Shown here piece after piece: positions 47,780 to 57,864 of a DNA stretch of 64,000 bases. The notes beneath the pieces were generated by a model. That model worked only from the letters and a program-made list of their open reading frames with translations. It did no database searches and was not told the DNA's origin. This DNA is from Bacillota bacterium (GTDB lineage: Bacteria; Bacillota; JAAYKD01), in the NCBI GenBank assembly GCA_012522585.1, contig JAAYKD010000049.1:2808-66807 (forward strand), read 5' to 3'. The position numbers and the translations under genes are program-made. Each line of letters begins with the position of its first letter. The first letter of the stretch is position 1.

Positions 47780-49242
47780 TGTTTTTTTCGTTTTTTAGCC
47801 ATTTCTTTGGCAAAATTCTCCATTATCTCCTGATCCAAGCCTAAAAGACCAGCAACCAAGCGGGCTTCTTTGGGTACTGTTTTTTCTGAAGCGGAAATTT
47901 CCCAACTATAGTTCATCTTTTCCTGCAAGAAAAGGGTGGGATCTTTGCCTGAATTCAATTGCTTCCTCAAAGCCTTTAAATCCAATTGACTCAAACCTAT
48001 GATCTGCCAATGAGCCTCAGCCTCTTGAGCAATTTCATCATAATGGCTGGCAATAATAGTCAGGCCCTTTTGTTTTTTTCTTTTCTTTAAAATCGCTTTG
48101 AGCAGGGCTGCCCCTTCTGTCGGATTGGTGCTGCGAGCAAATTCATCCAGGATTAAAAAAGCTTTGCTCTTTTGATTTTGGGCAATGAAGTTTTGCAGAG
48201 CTATGATCTCAGCAGCAAAACTGCTCAAGCCCTTCTGTAAGGATTGTTTGATCTCATCGATCATGGTTAAAGAATCGAAAAGAGTCAGACAAGCTCTTTC
48301 AGCAAAAACGAAAAATCCTGTCTGAAAGAGATATTGGTTGAGCATCAGGCTCTTTAAAGCTATGCTTTTACCGCTCATATTGGCTCCGGTCAAAACGCTT
48401 GTGCCCAAGGGCAGTTTTAAATCCAGACTCTGATAGGCCTTGTGCTGGGATTGCAAATTCCACTGGAGCAGAGGATGCCTGAGCTTCATATAATCGAGCT
48501 TGTCTGTCTGGCTTATTTGAGGGCTGACCATTTTAAATTGAATGGCCATATGAGCCTTGGCCTGCAAAAAATCCAGACGCCCCAAGAGCTGACAGAGCTC
48601 TTCAATCTCCTCAGTCCAAACTCTCAGCTGCAGTGAGAGCTCTTGGTAAATACTCTCCTCTTCCTTCGTCTCTTCTTGGTTTTTCCTTTTCAGCTCTGCT
48701 TTAATCTGGTCATTCTCTTCATCTTGAAAGAGAGATTTTAACAATTGAGCCTTGTCTTGACGAATCAGAGCTAATTCTCGGGAAAAATTCCCATCTAAAA
48801 AAAAGGAAGGCAAGCGATTGCTTTGAGGATCGAGGATTTTTAAGACCTGCTCAATTAAAATAACCCTTACTTCAGAGCCTTGCAGCCGGCTCAATTCGAT
48901 TAAAATTTCCAAATCCTTCTCCAGAGCTATGAAGAATCGTTTTATTTTCAAAAAGCCTTCAGCATAGAGTGAATGACCGTTCTTCAGACTTTCAAGCTCC
49001 GATTTTAAATCAGGCAAGCTTTGCAAAAAAGAATTGAGAGGGGCTTTTAAATCTGGGCGCTGAACAAAATAATTGTAAAAGGATTGAACTTTCTCCAGCT
49101 CCTGAACCAGCTCTGCTTCCTCAGCGGAGGAATAAAACTTGAGCCGGAAAGCCCGCTGACCATAGACGGAGCCTAAAGGCAATTGAGCCAAAACCTCATC
49201 CAACTCCTCCGACCACTGCCAATTTATACCGGGATATTGCAA
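47776..49242 (-). CDS. MutS2-like protein lacking the Smr domain (MutS core/clamp region plus domain V ABC ATPase)
   Basis: 'LGRLDFLQAKAHMAIQF…KLRHPLLQ' matches MutS domain IV/connector. Walker A 'GANMSGKS' and Walker B 'LILDEFARST' are present. There are no mismatch-binding domains. Confidence 0.65.
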   Translation of the reverse strand: MQYPGINWQWSEELDEVLAQLPLGSVYGQRAFRLKFYSSAEEAELVQELEKVQSFYNYFVQRPDLKAPLNSFLQSLPDLKSELESLKNGHSLYAEGFLKIKRFFIALEKDLEILIELSRLQGSEVRVILIEQVLKILDPQSNRLPSFFLDGNFSRELALIRQDKAQLLKSLFQDEENDQIKAELKRKNQEETKEEESIYQELSLQLRVWTEEIEELCQLLGRLDFLQAKAHMAIQFKMVSPQISQTDKLDYMKLRHPLLQWNLQSQHKAYQSLDLKLPLGTSVLTGANMSGKSIALKSLMLNQYLFQTGFFVFAERACLTLFDSLTMIDEIKQSLQKGLSSFAAEIIALQNFIAQNQKSKAFLILDEFARSTNPTEGAALLKAILKKRKKQKGLTIIASHYDEIAQEAEAHWQIIGLSQLDLKALRKQLNSGKDPTLFLQEKMNYSWEISASEKTVPKEARLVAGLLGLDQEIMENFAKEMAKKRKKH

Positions 49243-50291
49243 GCCAAACCCTCCTTAATATCAAAAACCGCACATTTTGCCTGAAAGCACAATTCTTTAA
49301 AAAATTGCCTTTCCGGCGAAATCAAACCATATTGGTCCTGTTGGTTGACGAAAATACCGCCAACAGTAAAATTGTTGAAAGCGTAAACTCTCAGTCCTCT
49401 CTCCTGCCAAAAGGTCCACTGCTTTGAGTCCAACATGATCTTGCTTCCGTTGGGGATGATCAGAGAAAATCCTTGATCGAACTTTGTATTTTGATTGAGC
49501 TCAGTCAAAAAAGCATTGGTAATGGCTCCCTGAAAATAAAAGCCATCGCAGAGCTGCTCATGGAAAAGATTCCAAGGCAGATCATTTTGATAGATTTGCT
49601 CCAAGCTAAATTCTCTGATTATTTCTTGGCCTTTGACAAAGGCAGCATGAGCCGCTGAATCAAGATCGATTCTTAAAGGCAGGTTGGCCAACAAGTCATA
49701 GAGAAAAAGAGTTTCAGCCAGGGCATCCTCTTCCCTTTGAAAACAAAAAGGAGCGGTGGCCAGGAGCAGGGTCTGCTCTTTTTGCCAATCCATGACTCGC
49801 CGATTGATACTGCCATCGATTATCACCCTCTCGGCTCCATGCGCTTGCAGAGCCTGGATAACCCTTTCGGTCTGACGACGAGAAGATGGCCCCGACAACT
49901 GAATATAGCCGGCACTGCGGGCCCGAATCAAGAGATAGGAGCCTAGGGCACCCCCAGGCCCCAGAATATCAACAAGCTCCTTGGTTACTTCCGATTGAGA
50001 CCAAAGAGCTGTTTGACTGATAAATAGAGTTCCTGCCGTGACAAGGATTCGAGGTTTGGCTTTTGTGCCGGCCCGATCCAGGCTTTCTCCATCCAAACCG
50101 ATGGACAACAAACCTAAGACCAGATCTTTTTTTTCTTCCCTAGCCGCTTGCAAAAAAGCATTGAGCACGGTTGTCTTGCCGGCATTTTTACAAAAACCGA
50201 TTAAGGAGAGAACTTGATTTTTATCCAGTATTTCCATGAGCTGGCTATTTTTCAAACCTATGGGCACAGGATCATCCTCCTCGAGAATCAA
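49224..50291 (-). CDS. P-loop NTPase of unknown family
   Basis: 'GFCKNAGKTT' Walker A near the N-terminus. 355 aa. Its stop and the MutS-like start overlap by 19 nt. Confidence 0.45.
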   Translation of the reverse strand: MILEEDDPVPIGLKNSQLMEILDKNQVLSLIGFCKNAGKTTVLNAFLQAAREEKKDLVLGLLSIGLDGESLDRAGTKAKPRILVTAGTLFISQTALWSQSEVTKELVDILGPGGALGSYLLIRARSAGYIQLSGPSSRRQTERVIQALQAHGAERVIIDGSINRRVMDWQKEQTLLLATAPFCFQREEDALAETLFLYDLLANLPLRIDLDSAAHAAFVKGQEIIREFSLEQIYQNDLPWNLFHEQLCDGFYFQGAITNAFLTELNQNTKFDQGFSLIIPNGSKIMLDSKQWTFWQERGLRVYAFNNFTVGGIFVNQQDQYGLISPERQFFKELCFQAKCAVFDIKEGLACNIPV

Positions 50292-50306
50292 AAATAATCA
50301 CTTAGC

Positions 50307-50660
50307 TTAGAGTAAAATAAAGGTAACGCCATGATTGTGTCTCTCTAAATCCCTGTCTTGGCGCAATTCAGGTGCTGCCTGCAAAATTTCCCTGGCTGTC
50401 TGATCAAAAATGGAAAAATCTTCTCCACTAACAAAAGCTTTAATTTTATCCTGCTTCTGCAAGGATTTTAAATAACTGCGCAGACCAATCCGCAAATTGC
50501 CCCCTTTACCACTGGAGCCATAGCCGTGAATGATTTTTAAAACCGAAAGCTTTTGCCTTCGGCAGTTTTTCATTTCTTGATCCAACAATTGTCTGCCTAG
50601 CTGAACCGTAGGGAAATAGCTTTCTAAATTAAAAACTGTGCTGTTCGTCTTTTTCTTCAT
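50307..50660 (-). CDS. Stand-alone Smr-domain protein
   Basis: 'LKIIHGYGSSGKGGNLRIGL' is the Smr-domain core. Its ATG at 50660 forms an ATGA overlap with the lepB stop; the ORF-track start at 50690 lies inside lepB. Confidence 0.6.
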   Translation of the reverse strand: MKKKTNSTVFNLESYFPTVQLGRQLLDQEMKNCRRQKLSVLKIIHGYGSSGKGGNLRIGLRSYLKSLQKQDKIKAFVSGEDFSIFDQTAREILQAAPELRQDRDLERHNHGVTFILL

Positions 50661-51181
50661 TTTAAAGCCCTCAGCTTGTTCAAAGGCCACATGATGGCGA
50701 CAGCCCGACCAATGACTTTTTTCTCACTGACAAAGGGAGTCGTCACCCAAAATCTGGCATCTTCAGAATTATTGCGGTTGTCCCCCATGAAAAAGAGCAT
50801 GCCCTCAGGCACTTCAAACTTCTCCTGATAGCTAAAGGTCTGCCCCATTGTATAGCCTTCTTCAAGCAATTGCCCATTCAAAAAGACTTGGCCTTCTTTG
50901 AACTCGATGGTGTCTCCACCTTTGGCAATCAGCCTTTTTATATAGGGGAAAGTACCGGGCTTGGAGTCCGGGCAGGGAAAGACCAGAATGTCACCGTATT
51001 CAGGTTTGCGGAAAAACCGGGTGAATTTTTCTACTACCACCCTTTCTCCCGGCATGATGGTAGGAGTCATGGAAGCTGAGGGAACCAAGGGAAAGACCAC
51101 TACAAAAAAATATATGAAGGCCACAATGGCGGCTGAAATCAAAAACTCAGATAGAAATTCCTTTATCCATTTTAAATCCAA
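50657..51181 (-). CDS. lepB: Signal peptidase I
   Basis: 'SASMTPTIMPGERVVVEKF' with the catalytic Ser, and 'GDNRNNSEDARFW' box E. 174 aa. Confidence 0.85.
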   Translation of the reverse strand: MDLKWIKEFLSEFLISAAIVAFIYFFVVVFPLVPSASMTPTIMPGERVVVEKFTRFFRKPEYGDILVFPCPDSKPGTFPYIKRLIAKGGDTIEFKEGQVFLNGQLLEEGYTMGQTFSYQEKFEVPEGMLFFMGDNRNNSEDARFWVTTPFVSEKKVIGRAVAIMWPLNKLRALK

Positions 51182-51301
51182 TTATAAAACCCTCTTTCAT
51201 CATTAGCCACAAGATCAGATAAATTATAACACAATTGAAAAACCTTGACCAGATAAGCCTGAATTTAACAGAATTGTTTGACAACAAGAGGGAAAGGGCT
51301 G

Positions 51302-51330
51302 TTTACAGAAAGAGAACTTTTTGTTATATT
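51302..51330 (+). promoter_or_regulatory. Sigma-A-type promoter for the hemolysin-III-family gene
   Basis: TTTACA, a 17-nt spacer, then TGT-TATATT. Confidence 0.5.
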
Positions 51331-51362
51331 AGTTCTAACCATTGAAAGATTGGAGGGATATT

Positions 51363-52031
51363 TTGAATTTAAAAAAGATTAAAGAGGATTACGACCCAAT
51401 CCGCATTGTTTCTGCGGCCAGCCATGGCTTTGGCGCTCTTTTCTTTTTAGGGGGTACCATCGCTTTGGTTGTCAAGGCAACCCTTTTCCGTCAATCCTTT
51501 TTACACTATCTGGCCTTCATCCTCTATGGGCTCTCGGCAATCTCCTTATATTCAGCCAGTACCCTCTATCATTCAGTCAAATCATCGATCAAGATCAGAG
51601 AAATCCTGAAAAAAATAGACCATTCCATGATCTACGTCCTGATCGCAGGCACTTATACGCCCATCTGCCTTTTAGCCGTCTGGCAGGAGGGAGGAAAAAT
51701 CATGTTGCCGCTGATCTGGGTTTTAGCTTCCTTAGGAGTGGTCAGCAGCATCATTTGGATCAAAAAGCCCAATTGGTTGTCTGCTCTTCTTTACCTGGGT
51801 ATGGGTTGGTTAGCCTTGACCATCATCAAGCCCCTTTGGCAAAACCTTTCCGGTCCGGCTTTGTTCCTTCTGATTCTGGGCGGTGCCCTCTATAGTTTAG
51901 GAGCAGTTTTGTATGCTCTGCGCTGGCCCGGGCGCAATCATCCAGTTTTTGGCTTCCATGAAATCTTTCATTTTTTTGTTTTAGCAGGAAGTTTTTGCCA
52001 CTTCTTTCTAATCTTTGCATTTTTAAATTAA
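51363..52031 (+). CDS. Hemolysin III / PAQR-family (TrhA-like) membrane protein
   Basis: 7 TM with conserved His residues (HSVK…, HEIFH). GGAGGG sits 5 nt upstream of the TTG start at 51363. Confidence 0.7.
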   Translation: MNLKKIKEDYDPIRIVSAASHGFGALFFLGGTIALVVKATLFRQSFLHYLAFILYGLSAISLYSASTLYHSVKSSIKIREILKKIDHSMIYVLIAGTYTPICLLAVWQEGGKIMLPLIWVLASLGVVSSIIWIKKPNWLSALLYLGMGWLALTIIKPLWQNLSGPALFLLILGGALYSLGAVLYALRWPGRNHPVFGFHEIFHFFVLAGSFCHFFLIFAFLN

Positions 52032-52126
52032 AGGAAGATTTTATAATCAAGTTAGCCGGTCACGGCTAAAACAAAAAGACGTCACCTGAATTTCATGGTA
52101 AGTTGAAATTCTTGTTTTAAATTGAA

Positions 52127-52170
52127 TAAAAAAAAGAGCGGAGTCAATTTAACTTCGCTCTTTTTATTCT
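52127..52170. terminator. Bidirectional rho-independent terminator between the hlyIII-like gene and ppiB
   Basis: aaaaaaaagagcggagt-caatttaa-cttcgctctttttatt. Confidence 0.8.
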
Positions 52171-52599
52171 TTAAAGAATCTTGACCTCTTTCATCTTATC
52201 CCCTTGTTTGATTGCATCGACAACATCCATGCCAGAAGTTACCTGGGCAAAAACTGTATGAAGCCCATCCAAATGGGGGAAAGAGTCGTAACAGATGAAG
52301 AACTGACTGCCTCCCGTATCCGGTCCGGCGTGAGCCATAGAAATAGCTCCCCTGACATGCTTATTAGGATTATCCTTGGTTTCGCATTTAATGGTATAAC
52401 CGGGACCACCTGTACCGGTGCCTAGGGGGCATCCACCCTGGGCAACGAAGCCGGGTATGACTCGGTGAAAGGCCAAGCCATCGTAAAAACCTTTTTCTGC
52501 CAAGCTGACGAAATTTTCCACCGTCTTAGGCGCCTGCTCTTGGAAAAACTCAATTTCGATGAGCCCGCCATTTTCCATTTCAATTGTTGCTTTTTTCAT
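52171..52599 (-). CDS. ppiB: Peptidyl-prolyl cis-trans isomerase, cyclophilin type
   Basis: 142 aa with cyclophilin motifs '[13 protein letters not shown]' and '[11 protein letters not shown]'. Confidence 0.9.
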   Translation of the reverse strand: MKKATIEMENGGLIEIEFFQEQAPKTVENFVSLAEKGFYDGLAFHRVIPGFVAQGGCPLGTGTGGPGYTIKCETKDNPNKHVRGAISMAHAGPDTGGSQFFICYDSFPHLDGLHTVFAQVTSGMDVVDAIKQGDKMKEVKIL

Positions 52600-52663
52600 A
52601 AATATGCCTCCAAAAAATATATTTAGTTAAATCTCAATTCGAACAAAATTTCCCATCCTTGAA

Positions 52664-53533
52664 TCAAATCAAACCCTCATCTTTTAGGGGGATCTCAATT
52701 CTCTCTAGGCGGCAAAAATTGACCAGGTAGTTCAATCCTAAATCCTGGCTGAGACGATGAAAATATGCCAGTCCTCGGCCACAATCTTCTGCCTTGTGGG
52801 CATCGGAGCCCAAACTGAAATCGCAAGCCAATTGGCTGCCCTTGAGAAGCAAGCCGATCGGGGGTGTGATCCGTTTAAAAGGATAGCGATAAGCCAAACC
52901 ACTATTCATTTCAATTGCCACCTGATTGGCTTTGGCAGCCAAAGCAATTTTCAGAAAAGCTTGATCCCAGTCGAAATTTTTCGGCTCAGCTCCAAAAACC
53001 TGACAGGAAAAAGGATGAGCGACTGTCTGGAACAATCTGCTCTCGATACTCTGGACAAAATGATCCAGATATTGGGAAAAAACAGCATCTACATCTTTGC
53101 CTTGCCAGAGTTCAGCTTTCATATCAAAGGCCCAACCGTCGAGCCAATGAACGGAACCGATAATATAATCAAAGGGGTATTTTGCTAATAGATTTTTTAA
53201 AAATTCCTCTTCACCGGGAAAATAGCAAACTTCAATGCCTAATTTAATGGGATGGCCTTTGGATTTTTCCGTTTCAATCAATTCCACATAGTCATCCAGA
53301 TCATAGATAAAGGATTTTTCTCCTTGATTGAGCCATCTTTGCTGAAATTCTCCAATTTCACTTTCATCTAAAATAGCATTTCTAAAGTACATATCTTTGA
53401 ACTGCTTAAAATGATGACTGTGTTCACTAAAGCCAAATTCACTAATTCCTCTTTCCGACCCATGCAAAAGAAATTGAGCTATGGATTGAGGTGTATATTC
53501 ATAATTTTCTAAATGCAAATGCAAATCTACCAC
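52664..53533 (-). CDS. PHP-domain histidinol-phosphatase family (HisJ-like) protein
   Basis: N-terminal 'VDLHLHLENYEY' metal-binding motif. 289 aa. Confidence 0.65.
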   Translation of the reverse strand: MVDLHLHLENYEYTPQSIAQFLLHGSERGISEFGFSEHSHHFKQFKDMYFRNAILDESEIGEFQQRWLNQGEKSFIYDLDDYVELIETEKSKGHPIKLGIEVCYFPGEEEFLKNLLAKYPFDYIIGSVHWLDGWAFDMKAELWQGKDVDAVFSQYLDHFVQSIESRLFQTVAHPFSCQVFGAEPKNFDWDQAFLKIALAAKANQVAIEMNSGLAYRYPFKRITPPIGLLLKGSQLACDFSLGSDAHKAEDCGRGLAYFHRLSQDLGLNYLVNFCRLERIEIPLKDEGLI

Positions 53534-53600
53534 ATTATCATTCCTTTTAACTGCTCAAGGAAAAAAAGCCTCGCCTTAAAAAGCGAGGCTTAAATTTTTT

Positions 53601-54722
53601 CTATTCTTCAATCAATTCGACGTTGGCCCTGGGCACAGTTACGATTTCACCATTGCGCAAACGCACGTTCATGATTCTTACTCGAGCACCAGTTTCGATA
53701 ACAAACAGCTCAGGTGGTAAGTCCACAACTTCTGCCAATTGACCAAAATAGGGTTCACGGATGCAACGAACCAAAGTTCCAGCGTCCATGCTGCCGTCCA
53801 AAGCTGCTTCAATTTCATCTACATCGATGGACTCATCGGGTACAATGATTTCCGGACGCATAACACCGGCACGAATTTGAGTAGCACCGTTGATCGAAGC
53901 ATGCTTTCCGTCTAAAGCAGTGAGGAGTTCAAAGGTCTTGTGAGCCATATTGATTTCACCAAAACCTTCGGTTGTGATTAAAGTAAAGGGTACATCTTCG
54001 TGACCTGTGATGGCAACACCAATATCATAACCTAAGAATTTAACCAAGTCGCTATCGATGATTCCACCGACAACAATACCGCGTGCTCCAACTTGAGCTG
54101 CTTTTTGAATAGCTTCATAGGTTACTAAGCTGCCGCCGACGAGGATACAACCTTCGTGAGAATCATTGATATGATGAGCATCTAAAACTGTGTTTTCGTC
54201 TTCTACAACAACTTTTAAGATGCCTTCACGTTCGCCGCCGACCCCGAAGATACCCTGAATAAAGGCACCCTTGGTTTCAACTGTAACGCCTTCCCGTTCG
54301 ATAATATCGACAACTGTGCCTTCAATATAGGCATGCATTGTAATAGGCATGGCGGGTTCACGAATGATTACCTGACCGGTAACTTCAGAGATATGCTCAA
54401 CTGTTCCTGAAACAGGTGATTTTACTTCAGTTTTAAAGAGGCCAAAGAATGATTTAGCCAATGCCAGTGTTTCATCTTTTTCGACTGTGTCACCAGCTTT
54501 TTTCTGCATGAAGGGTTCAATATCTTCAGCTTCGACGCCTAAGATATTAGCAACGTTAATAGATTGAGGGTTACCAGGGATGTACGCCTTAGCAACGGGA
54601 GTATCGGGGTGCACTCTGGCACCTTTTTGAACCAAAACTTCACCGGGGATAGGAAGACGACGAACCTTGGATATTCTTGAGGCAGAAGTTACCTTCAGAC
54701 CCGGAGTATATGCACTAGCCAT
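53601..54722 (-). CDS. Hypothetical protein, partner of the GlmL-like ATPase
   Basis: 373 aa. Its start lies 30 nt downstream of the preceding gene's stop. No family recognised. Confidence 0.4.
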   Translation of the reverse strand: MASAYTPGLKVTSASRISKVRRLPIPGEVLVQKGARVHPDTPVAKAYIPGNPQSINVANILGVEAEDIEPFMQKKAGDTVEKDETLALAKSFFGLFKTEVKSPVSGTVEHISEVTGQVIIREPAMPITMHAYIEGTVVDIIEREGVTVETKGAFIQGIFGVGGEREGILKVVVEDENTVLDAHHINDSHEGCILVGGSLVTYEAIQKAAQVGARGIVVGGIIDSDLVKFLGYDIGVAITGHEDVPFTLITTEGFGEINMAHKTFELLTALDGKHASINGATQIRAGVMRPEIIVPDESIDVDEIEAALDGSMDAGTLVRCIREPYFGQLAEVVDLPPELFVIETGARVRIMNVRLRNGEIVTVPRANVELIEE

Positions 54723-54751
54723 TGAGTAACGCTCCTTTCATTTTCAAGTCT

Positions 54752-56626
54752 TTATTGCGCTGTGTTCATGTAGCGTTCCAATACATCCATCGGATAGATG
54801 TCCAACGCCTTGAACCATTCAACGAGCTTGGCAATCCGTGTTTGTTTATCAGTAGGTAAGTTGAAGGGACGGCGACCGCGAGCATCTATGATGATACCGC
54901 CGGCTGCTCCGCCTCTGATTTTTTTATGAACGGCACGTCCTTTGCCATTACCCATATCAAACATATTGGTTGGAATAACTTCTACTTCAGCATAATCATC
55001 ATGTCCCAGCGGGATGGTATCCATAGCACCGTAGGGAACTTCTCTTGTTACAGTTTCGCCATTGGGCATTTTAGCTTTGACAGTTACACATTTGTCGCCG
55101 TCTTTTTGAGCATTGCCAATGGGAACAATAGCAGTAGCCAAGAAAATCAGGCAGTCACGGGCAAAAACTTCTGCAGCTGCTGTAGGGTGAACGTCAGAAA
55201 GTACGCCCAATTGAGGTGTCATAAAGATAGAGTCAACTGTCAACTCAGTAAAGCCTTCCAATTGGAAAGCATCCAACATCATCAAAGCAGTTTGTTGACG
55301 ACGAGGAGCATGAGATAAAACTCCGCCGGAGCCAACGATCATGCCCAGTTTATCCAATTCAATGATGGAGTCGCTGGAAGAGCTTTGATCGAATGCTTCT
55401 GCAATATCACGAACTTTTTGGACACCTTTGAGGCCTGTGGCCAAGGATTTGTGGTGAATGAAAGACAAGCGCAGGGCTTCTCTGGCAACGCTTTGTTCGA
55501 TGACCAATTCTTCCAATGTCTGGGGAACTGTAGTCGGACGAATCATCTTATTACGGATACGGTTGCGCAAATCACCTTCATCAATATCAAAGGGGACCCA
55601 TTGCATGATATTATCTACGCCTGCTTCAAGCAAGACGTTACAGATGGAATAGCTCATACCTAAGTTAGCTGAAACTGTTCTGTTGAAATATTCATGATCA
55701 TCACCGAAAACGGAGAAGATGTCAGTAGTAGCTCCGCCAATATCAACACCGATAATATGAATGTTGTATTGTTCAGCAGTTGTTTGGATGATACGACCAA
55801 CTGCACCGGGTGTGGGCATGATGGGCACTTCAGTCCATTGCATCAACTTGTTGTAACCGGGAGCTTGAGCCATAACGTGTTCCATAAAGAGGTTATGAAT
55901 CTCTTCACGAGCCGGTCCTAGAACTTCAACTTCCAGAACAGGACGAAGGTTGTCGACAATTCTCAAGTCAACTTTCTTTTCTAAGATGTCACTGATATAT
56001 TTGCGAGCATCTTTGTTACCTGCGAAGATAATAGGCAGATTATAACCAATCCCCAAACGAGGTCTCGGTTCGGCTGCAGAAATCAATTCTCCAATTTCAA
56101 CAACGTGGGTGATTGTTCCGCCATCGATACCACCGGATAAGAGAATCATATCCGGACGCAATTGGCGAATACGCTCGATTTTTTCGTAAGGTTTACGACC
56201 GTCATCAATTGAAATGGCGTCCATAACGATAGCACCTGCACCCAAAGCTGCACGTTGAGCGGATTCGGCGGTCATTGTTTTAACGACGCCTGCTACCATC
56301 ATCTGTAAGCCTCCGCCGGCTGATGAGGTGGACAAATAAATATCTACACCTGTGCCGTCGGGTTGACGCGGGGTGATGACACCGTCAGGTCCTAGGAAAG
56401 TGTTACCAACTAATTCTTCAAGTTCGTGTACCGCATTGCGGACACCGGCAGTAACGTCTTCAAAGGGGGCTTCGACGGTTGTCGGAGATTCTCCACGGTT
56501 AATCAAACGATAGACTCCATCAATCTTTTCAATCAAGATTGCTTTGGTCGTTGTTGATCCACAGTCCGTGGCAATAATGGAATTAATTTCGCGAGTTATA
56601 GGGGCTCGCTTTACTTCATGAGCCAT
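54752..56626 (-). CDS. GlmL/MutL-family (hydantoinase-A-like, ASKHA) ATPase
   Basis: Two ASKHA phosphate motifs: N-terminal 'IATDCGSTTTKAIL' and internal 'IIGVDIGGATTDIFSV'. 624 aa. Confidence 0.55.
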   Translation of the reverse strand: MAHEVKRAPITREINSIIATDCGSTTTKAILIEKIDGVYRLINRGESPTTVEAPFEDVTAGVRNAVHELEELVGNTFLGPDGVITPRQPDGTGVDIYLSTSSAGGGLQMMVAGVVKTMTAESAQRAALGAGAIVMDAISIDDGRKPYEKIERIRQLRPDMILLSGGIDGGTITHVVEIGELISAAEPRPRLGIGYNLPIIFAGNKDARKYISDILEKKVDLRIVDNLRPVLEVEVLGPAREEIHNLFMEHVMAQAPGYNKLMQWTEVPIMPTPGAVGRIIQTTAEQYNIHIIGVDIGGATTDIFSVFGDDHEYFNRTVSANLGMSYSICNVLLEAGVDNIMQWVPFDIDEGDLRNRIRNKMIRPTTVPQTLEELVIEQSVAREALRLSFIHHKSLATGLKGVQKVRDIAEAFDQSSSSDSIIELDKLGMIVGSGGVLSHAPRRQQTALMMLDAFQLEGFTELTVDSIFMTPQLGVLSDVHPTAAAEVFARDCLIFLATAIVPIGNAQKDGDKCVTVKAKMPNGETVTREVPYGAMDTIPLGHDDYAEVEVIPTNMFDMGNGKGRAVHKKIRGGAAGGIIIDARGRRPFNLPTDKQTRIAKLVEWFKALDIYPMDVLERYMNTAQ

Positions 56627-56815
56627 GAACGTTCCTCCTTCTTACCTAATGGCTGTCTGCCTTAAAATAAACCTCAGTTCATTTGCTACAGATGCCGTTA
56701 AATACTGGTCATAATTCTCGTTTCAAAAGAAAAAACCTTCCTGTTTAAGAAAAGTAACCAATTAAATCAAAAATCAGTCTGTTTCACCGTATAAAACGAT
56801 ATATTACTACTCAAA

Positions 56816-57244
56816 TCACCAGAACTTCCACCAAGGTTTTTTTCCCTCAGCTAGAGCTCTTTTTTTGGCTTCTTGCTTAGCGATTTTTTCTCTTGCAACT
56901 CGGTCATACTCTAAAGATTCTATTTTTTCTATGAGTATCTCGATATTTTTTCTATCTTCTAAAAACAAGGCGATCTCTTTGGTATAGCGGTCATTGATAA
57001 ATATATCCAGAAAGGGTGCTGCTCCCCACATCAGAGAACCACCGATAAAGCTCAGTGGTCTGGCAGCTTCCAGGAAAACTATGGCGGGTGTTCCCATGGC
57101 AAATTTATCAATTTTTTCGGCCATATAATTTACGATGAAGTCCCGGCGTTCCGGGTCCAATTCAAAATAGTTTGGTTCCAGCATAGGTTGGGGACTGGCT
57201 GGTAGTTCTTCTATCTTCTTTTTATCTTCATTGTCTTTGTTCAT
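56816..57244 (-). CDS. Hypothetical small protein (142 aa)
   Basis: ATGA overlap with the upstream membrane-protein gene. No recognisable motif. Confidence 0.4.
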   Translation of the reverse strand: MNKDNEDKKKIEELPASPQPMLEPNYFELDPERRDFIVNYMAEKIDKFAMGTPAIVFLEAARPLSFIGGSLMWGAAPFLDIFINDRYTKEIALFLEDRKNIEILIEKIESLEYDRVAREKIAKQEAKKRALAEGKKPWWKFW

Positions 57245-57825
57245 TCTTCTTTCTCACTCTCCTTATCCAGCTCGGCTATGACTTCGGCTCTGATTCTATC
57301 TTCTATAGCCTTTTTCTCAGCCCAAGCCTTAGCATGTAAGTCCTTGACATTTTGCTCAATTTCTTCTTTGTTATCCTGATAATAAATGGGCATGTTTCTT
57401 TGAATCCGAGACCTCATGTTGCTTTTCTCAAAGAACAACTCGCCCATCTCTTCCTCAAAAATAAAATTTTCGATCTCTGACCATCGTTTAAATATCTGGT
57501 TCATAAAATTACGCCAATAAATACCCTGATCAGTGATTACGTATTGACTGTTGACCAGATGGGCAGAGGCACTGCCAAAGAGCAAAAGGGGAATCAGTAA
57601 TAAAAAGAAGCCTGCATCCGGCATCAGATAAAGGAAAATGGCGAAAAGAAGCACATAGATGCCAACCAACATAGCTAGTTTTTTCGGCCTGCTTTCCCAG
57701 GGTTTGCCATTCCAGACCTGAAGAATTTCACCCGGCACTTCTAAATATCCGATTTTTCCATTTTCATCACGAATGGTTTCTAAAAGATCTTTTTGATTGA
57801 GATTTTTCTTATCCTTTTTTGCCAT
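57241..57825 (-). CDS. Hypothetical membrane protein (two central TM helices)
   Basis: 194 aa with 'LAMLVGIYVLLFAIFLYLMPDAGFFLLLIPLLLFG'. Co-operonic with the TPR gene. Confidence 0.45.
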   Translation of the reverse strand: MAKKDKKNLNQKDLLETIRDENGKIGYLEVPGEILQVWNGKPWESRPKKLAMLVGIYVLLFAIFLYLMPDAGFFLLLIPLLLFGSASAHLVNSQYVITDQGIYWRNFMNQIFKRWSEIENFIFEEEMGELFFEKSNMRSRIQRNMPIYYQDNKEEIEQNVKDLHAKAWAEKKAIEDRIRAEVIAELDKESEKEE

Positions 57826-57864
57826 AATATGCCTCTTTTCTTTTAGAAAACAATAAATAAACGT

